Assembly: GCA_051531975.1 (NCBI GenBank)
Contig: JAOPTT010000002.1
Span: 153,968 to 217,967 of the forward strand
Length of the DNA stretch: 64,000 bases
From: Spirochaetaceae bacterium
GTDB taxonomy: Bacteria; Spirochaetota; Spirochaetia; DSM-2461
Reading direction: 5' to 3'
A model generated the notes under the pieces. The model was given only the letters and a program-made list of their open reading frames with translations, had not been told where the DNA came from and did no database searches. Positions 61,028-64,000 of this stretch are shown here, piece after piece (within the stretch, counting starts at the first letter, position 1; every line of letters begins with the position of its first letter). Both the position numbers and the translations under genes were made by a program.

Positions 61028-61072
61028 TTGATTAAATCATCTATTAACCGTATAGTTTAACCATATGGTTAA
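61028..61072 (+). promoter_or_regulatory. tetR promoter and palindromic operator overlapping the start codon
   Basis: TTGATT-17 bp-TATAGT followed by the perfect palindrome TTAACCATATGGTTAA (61057-61072). Confidence 0.75.
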
Positions 61073-61670
61073 CATAAAAAATAAAATATTAGATGCAGCC
61101 TTGAAAGAGTTTTTATCCCAGGGTAAGTCTGGAGCTAAAACTAAAGCAATAGCTGATAGTGCTGGTGTGAACAAAGCGATGATTCACTATTACTTCTCAA
61201 GTAAGGAGCTTCTTTTCCTAGAATGTGTAAAATATATTCTAGTACAAGTTGAAGGTACATTTCACACAACAGAGGTTCGTTCTATAACAGATTATAAAAG
61301 TTATATTACTGCACTAATAGAATCTTATTCCTCTTTTATACAGAATCACGATAAACAGATAACATTTTTATTATGGGAATACTTAAATGATAAAGAGTTA
61401 TTAACTCAGATTAAAAATATAATTGGCTCAGCCCACTTAATCGATTTTATTCAAAAAACAAAAAGGGCTACTAAAAACGGTATTATTAGAGATCTAGATC
61501 CATTAGATCTATACCTTAATTTAGTAAGTTTAATACTCTCAACATATATGATTCTTCCAATAACTTTATCGTTTTTGGGAGAAGATTCAGAAGATAAAAA
61601 AGTAGAAATTATGACAAAAAGAAAAGCAGAAATAGCACGATTGTTATGGAATGACATAAAAGGAGAATAA
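61065..61670 (+). CDS. TetR/AcrR family transcriptional regulator
   Basis: KILDAA..EF...G......IA..AGVNKAMIHYYFSSKE.LF. Confidence 0.93.
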   Translation: MVNIKNKILDAALKEFLSQGKSGAKTKAIADSAGVNKAMIHYYFSSKELLFLECVKYILVQVEGTFHTTEVRSITDYKSYITALIESYSSFIQNHDKQITFLLWEYLNDKELLTQIKNIIGSAHLIDFIQKTKRATKNGIIRDLDPLDLYLNLVSLILSTYMILPITLSFLGEDSEDKKVEIMTKRKAEIARLLWNDIKGE

Positions 61671-64000
61671 GTGGAAAGTTACAAATTAGGAATCGATATT
61701 GGTTCAACAACAGCAAAAGTTATAATATTAGATACAGATAATAAAATAGTCTTCTCTAAATATGAACGACATAATACTGAAGTTGTAGAGACAATTTTAT
61801 TACTATTAAATCAGGCTAAAGATCAACTTGGAGAACAAAAACTAACAGTTACTATTACGGGTACTGCAGGTATGGGTATTTCTGAGAAGACTGGTATCCA
61901 CTTTGTTCAAGAAGTATTAGCATCTGCAGAAGTTGTTAAGCAGCTTCACCCAGAAGTAAGAACACTTATTGATTTAGGTGGAGAGGATGCTAAAATAATC
62001 TTTTTTAACGAAGATGGTAAACCAGATATTAGAATGAATGGTAACTGTGCAGGTGGTACAGGAGCATTTATTGACCAGATGGCATCTTTACTTAATGTAA
62101 ATGTTACTGAGTTAAACGGTATGGCTGAAAAATATGAAGAGACCTATCCTGTAGCTTCCAGATGTGGAGTTTTTGCTAAAACTGACATACAAAACCTAAT
62201 AAGTCGGGATATTAAACCTGCAGATATTGTTGCTTCAATATATAAAGCTGTAGCTTTTCAATCTATAAACTCTTTAGCTAGAGGTTGTGACATAATTCCT
62301 AAAATTATGTTTACAGGTGGACCTTTAACTTTCCAACCAGAGCTTAGAAAACAGTTTTTAAATATTTTAGACATAGATGAGAAAGAGATTGTAACTGTTG
62401 ATTATGGAGAACTATTTCCAGCTGTTGGAGCTGCACTTCATAACGAAGATGTACAAATATCATCAATAGAAAACACAATTAATTTAATTGAAAATAACAG
62501 AGATGCAAGAGTTGATCTTGGGTCTAGACTACCTACTCTTTTTGATAACAAAGAACAGTTTGACGAGTGGTTAGAAAAAAAGAACAAACATAAAGTAGAA
62601 TATACCACTTTAAAAGATATGCATCAAAAGGATGTGTTTTTAGGAATTGATTCAGGTTCTACAACTACAAAAGTTGTTTTAATTGACGAAGAAGGTCGAA
62701 TTGGAGCACAACATTATAGTAATAATAATGGTAACCCAATAAAAGCCGTATCTGATGGTCTTAAAAAAGTATTTGATGAAATTCAGAAAGCTGGTGTTAA
62801 CATTAATATAAAAAGATCTGCTGTAACAGGTTATGGAGAGGATCTTATCCACTTTGCTTTTAGATTAGATGATGGTTTAGTTGAAACTATTGCTCACTAT
62901 AGTGCGGCAGCATTTTTTGACCCTGAAGTTACATTTATTATGGATATTGGTGGTCAGGATATGAAGGCTATCTACTGTAAAGGTGGAATAATAAATAACT
63001 TAGAGTTAAACGAAGCTTGTTCCTCTGGTTGTGGGTCGTTTATTGAAACTTTTGCTAAAAACTTAAATGAAAATGTAGCAGACTTTGCAGAATCAGCTTG
63101 CCATAGTAAAGCACCATGTGACTTAGGTACTAGATGTACTGTTTTTATGAACTCTAAGGTTAAGCAATCTTTACGAGAGGGAGCAACAAAAGGTGATATT
63201 AGTGCAGGTTTAGCAATTTCTGTTGTTAAAAACTGTTTTAATAAAGTACTTAAGATGACTGATTATTCAGTTTTAGGTGACCATATAGTTGTACAGGGTG
63301 GTACTTTTAAAAACCCTGCTGTATTAAGAGCCCTAGAACTTCACCTAGATAGAGAGGTTGTAAGACCAGACATATCTGAACTTATGGGAGCATATGGTTC
63401 AGCATTAGTTGCTAAGAAAAAATATTACGAAGAGAAATCAGAATCAACTTTTATCGGATTTGAGAACTTAGAGAGAGCTTCTGAATATACTAGAAAAGCA
63501 TCTATTTGTAAGGGTTGTGAAAATGTATGTACAGTAACAACCTTAAAATATGAAGGTAGTAAACCATTTTTTACTGGTAATAAGTGTGAAATGGTATTTT
63601 CTAACCGATTAAAAGGTACTCATAAAGGTGAAAGTCTTCATGAAATTAAAAAACAACTACTGTTTGATAGAAAATTAGAACCAGAGGGAACTCCACTACT
63701 TAATATTGGTATTCCTCGAGTTTTAAATATGTGGGAGGATTTTCCATTCTGGGCAACACTATTTGTTGAATCTGGAATTAAAGTAACTCTATCTCCTCCA
63801 TCTACTATGCCAATAGCTGAAAAAGGTTATGGTACAGTAATGTCTGAGAACATCTGTTTCCCTGCAAAAATAGCTAATGGGCATGTTATGGATTTAATTG
63901 AGAAGAAGGTTGATAGAATATTCTACCCAATGGTTAGATATAATAGAACTGAGAACGATACGGCAATAAATGACTATAACTGTCCTGTTGTTACAGGTTA
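61671..64000 (+). CDS. 2-hydroxyacyl-CoA dehydratase activator-related protein (tandem BadF/BcrA-type ATPase domains); runs off the window and is absent from the ORF track
   Basis: AGGAG RBS and GTG at 61671; translates to MESYKLGIDIGSTTAKV..., DLGGEDAK, RMNGNCAGGTGAFIDQMA, a second GIDSGSTTTK, DIGGQDMK, LNEACSSGCGSFIE. Confidence 0.92.
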   Translation, partial: MESYKLGIDIGSTTAKVIILDTDNKIVFSKYERHNTEVVETILLLLNQAKDQLGEQKLTVTITGTAGMGISEKTGIHFVQEVLASAEVVKQLHPEVRTLIDLGGEDAKIIFFNEDGKPDIRMNGNCAGGTGAFIDQMASLLNVNVTELNGMAEKYEETYPVASRCGVFAKTDIQNLISRDIKPADIVASIYKAVAFQSINSLARGCDIIPKIMFTGGPLTFQPELRKQFLNILDIDEKEIVTVDYGELFPAVGAALHNEDVQISSIENTINLIENNRDARVDLGSRLPTLFDNKEQFDEWLEKKNKHKVEYTTLKDMHQKDVFLGIDSGSTTTKVVLIDEEGRIGAQHYSNNNGNPIKAVSDGLKKVFDEIQKAGVNINIKRSAVTGYGEDLIHFAFRLDDGLVETIAHYSAAAFFDPEVTFIMDIGGQDMKAIYCKGGIINNLELNEACSSGCGSFIETFAKNLNENVADFAESACHSKAPCDLGTRCTVFMNSKVKQSLREGATKGDISAGLAISVVKNCFNKVLKMTDYSVLGDHIVVQGGTFKNPAVLRALELHLDREVVRPDISELMGAYGSALVAKKKYYEEKSESTFIGFENLERASEYTRKASICKGCENVCTVTTLKYEGSKPFFTGNKCEMVFSNRLKGTHKGESLHEIKKQLLFDRKLEPEGTPLLNIGIPRVLNMWEDFPFWATLFVESGIKVTLSPPSTMPIAEKGYGTVMSENICFPAKIANGHVMDLIEKKVDRIFYPMVRYNRTENDTAINDYNCPVVTG

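Noticed and set aside
826..61657. Numerous 60-130 aa antisense or alternate-frame ORFs in the track (for example 826-1197, 17644-17907, 25223-25621, 36349-36681, 46079-46390, 49637-49981)
   Set aside because: They are shadows of longer well-supported genes, with no motifs or RBS

Overview
AT-rich chromosomal window, most likely from a free-living anaerobic spirochaete. This is inferred from a Borrelia/Treponema CheY3-type regulator, the [15 protein letters not shown] chemoreceptor signature and spirochaete-type hypothetical proteins. The housekeeping backbone comprises two MCPs, ung, an M48 protease, the nrdR-nrdD-nrdG operon, cheY, a hisD-like gene with folC, pepN, proC-proA/proB, ftsH, topA, selO, a CoA-disulfide reductase-rhodanese, TetR and a CoA-activase truncated at the window end. 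Main observations: (1) The class III ribonucleotide reductase is split. The large gene stops after its Zn site, and the glycyl-radical loop (RIVGYY) is on a separate 174-aa gene fused to a CPNC thioredoxin/glutaredoxin-like domain. Both pieces carry helical extensions at the break. (2) An 18.8-kb island, probably for fucose glycans, lies between proA and proB and is bounded by a 13-bp direct repeat. Removing it in silico restores a ProA ...FTHKDL* end that overlaps the proB start (TAATG). No integrase is visible. (3) Inside the island a bidirectional promoter cassette occurs four times with an indel-free 67-bp core and carries fossil gene ends. Three catabolic genes there are pseudogenes. (4) Several genes appear to be leaderless. 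(5) There are three unrelated intergenic tandem arrays (27, 23 and 42 bp), none of them CRISPR. No tRNA, rRNA, CRISPR array or transposase was recognised. All calls come from reading motifs by eye; no database search was run.
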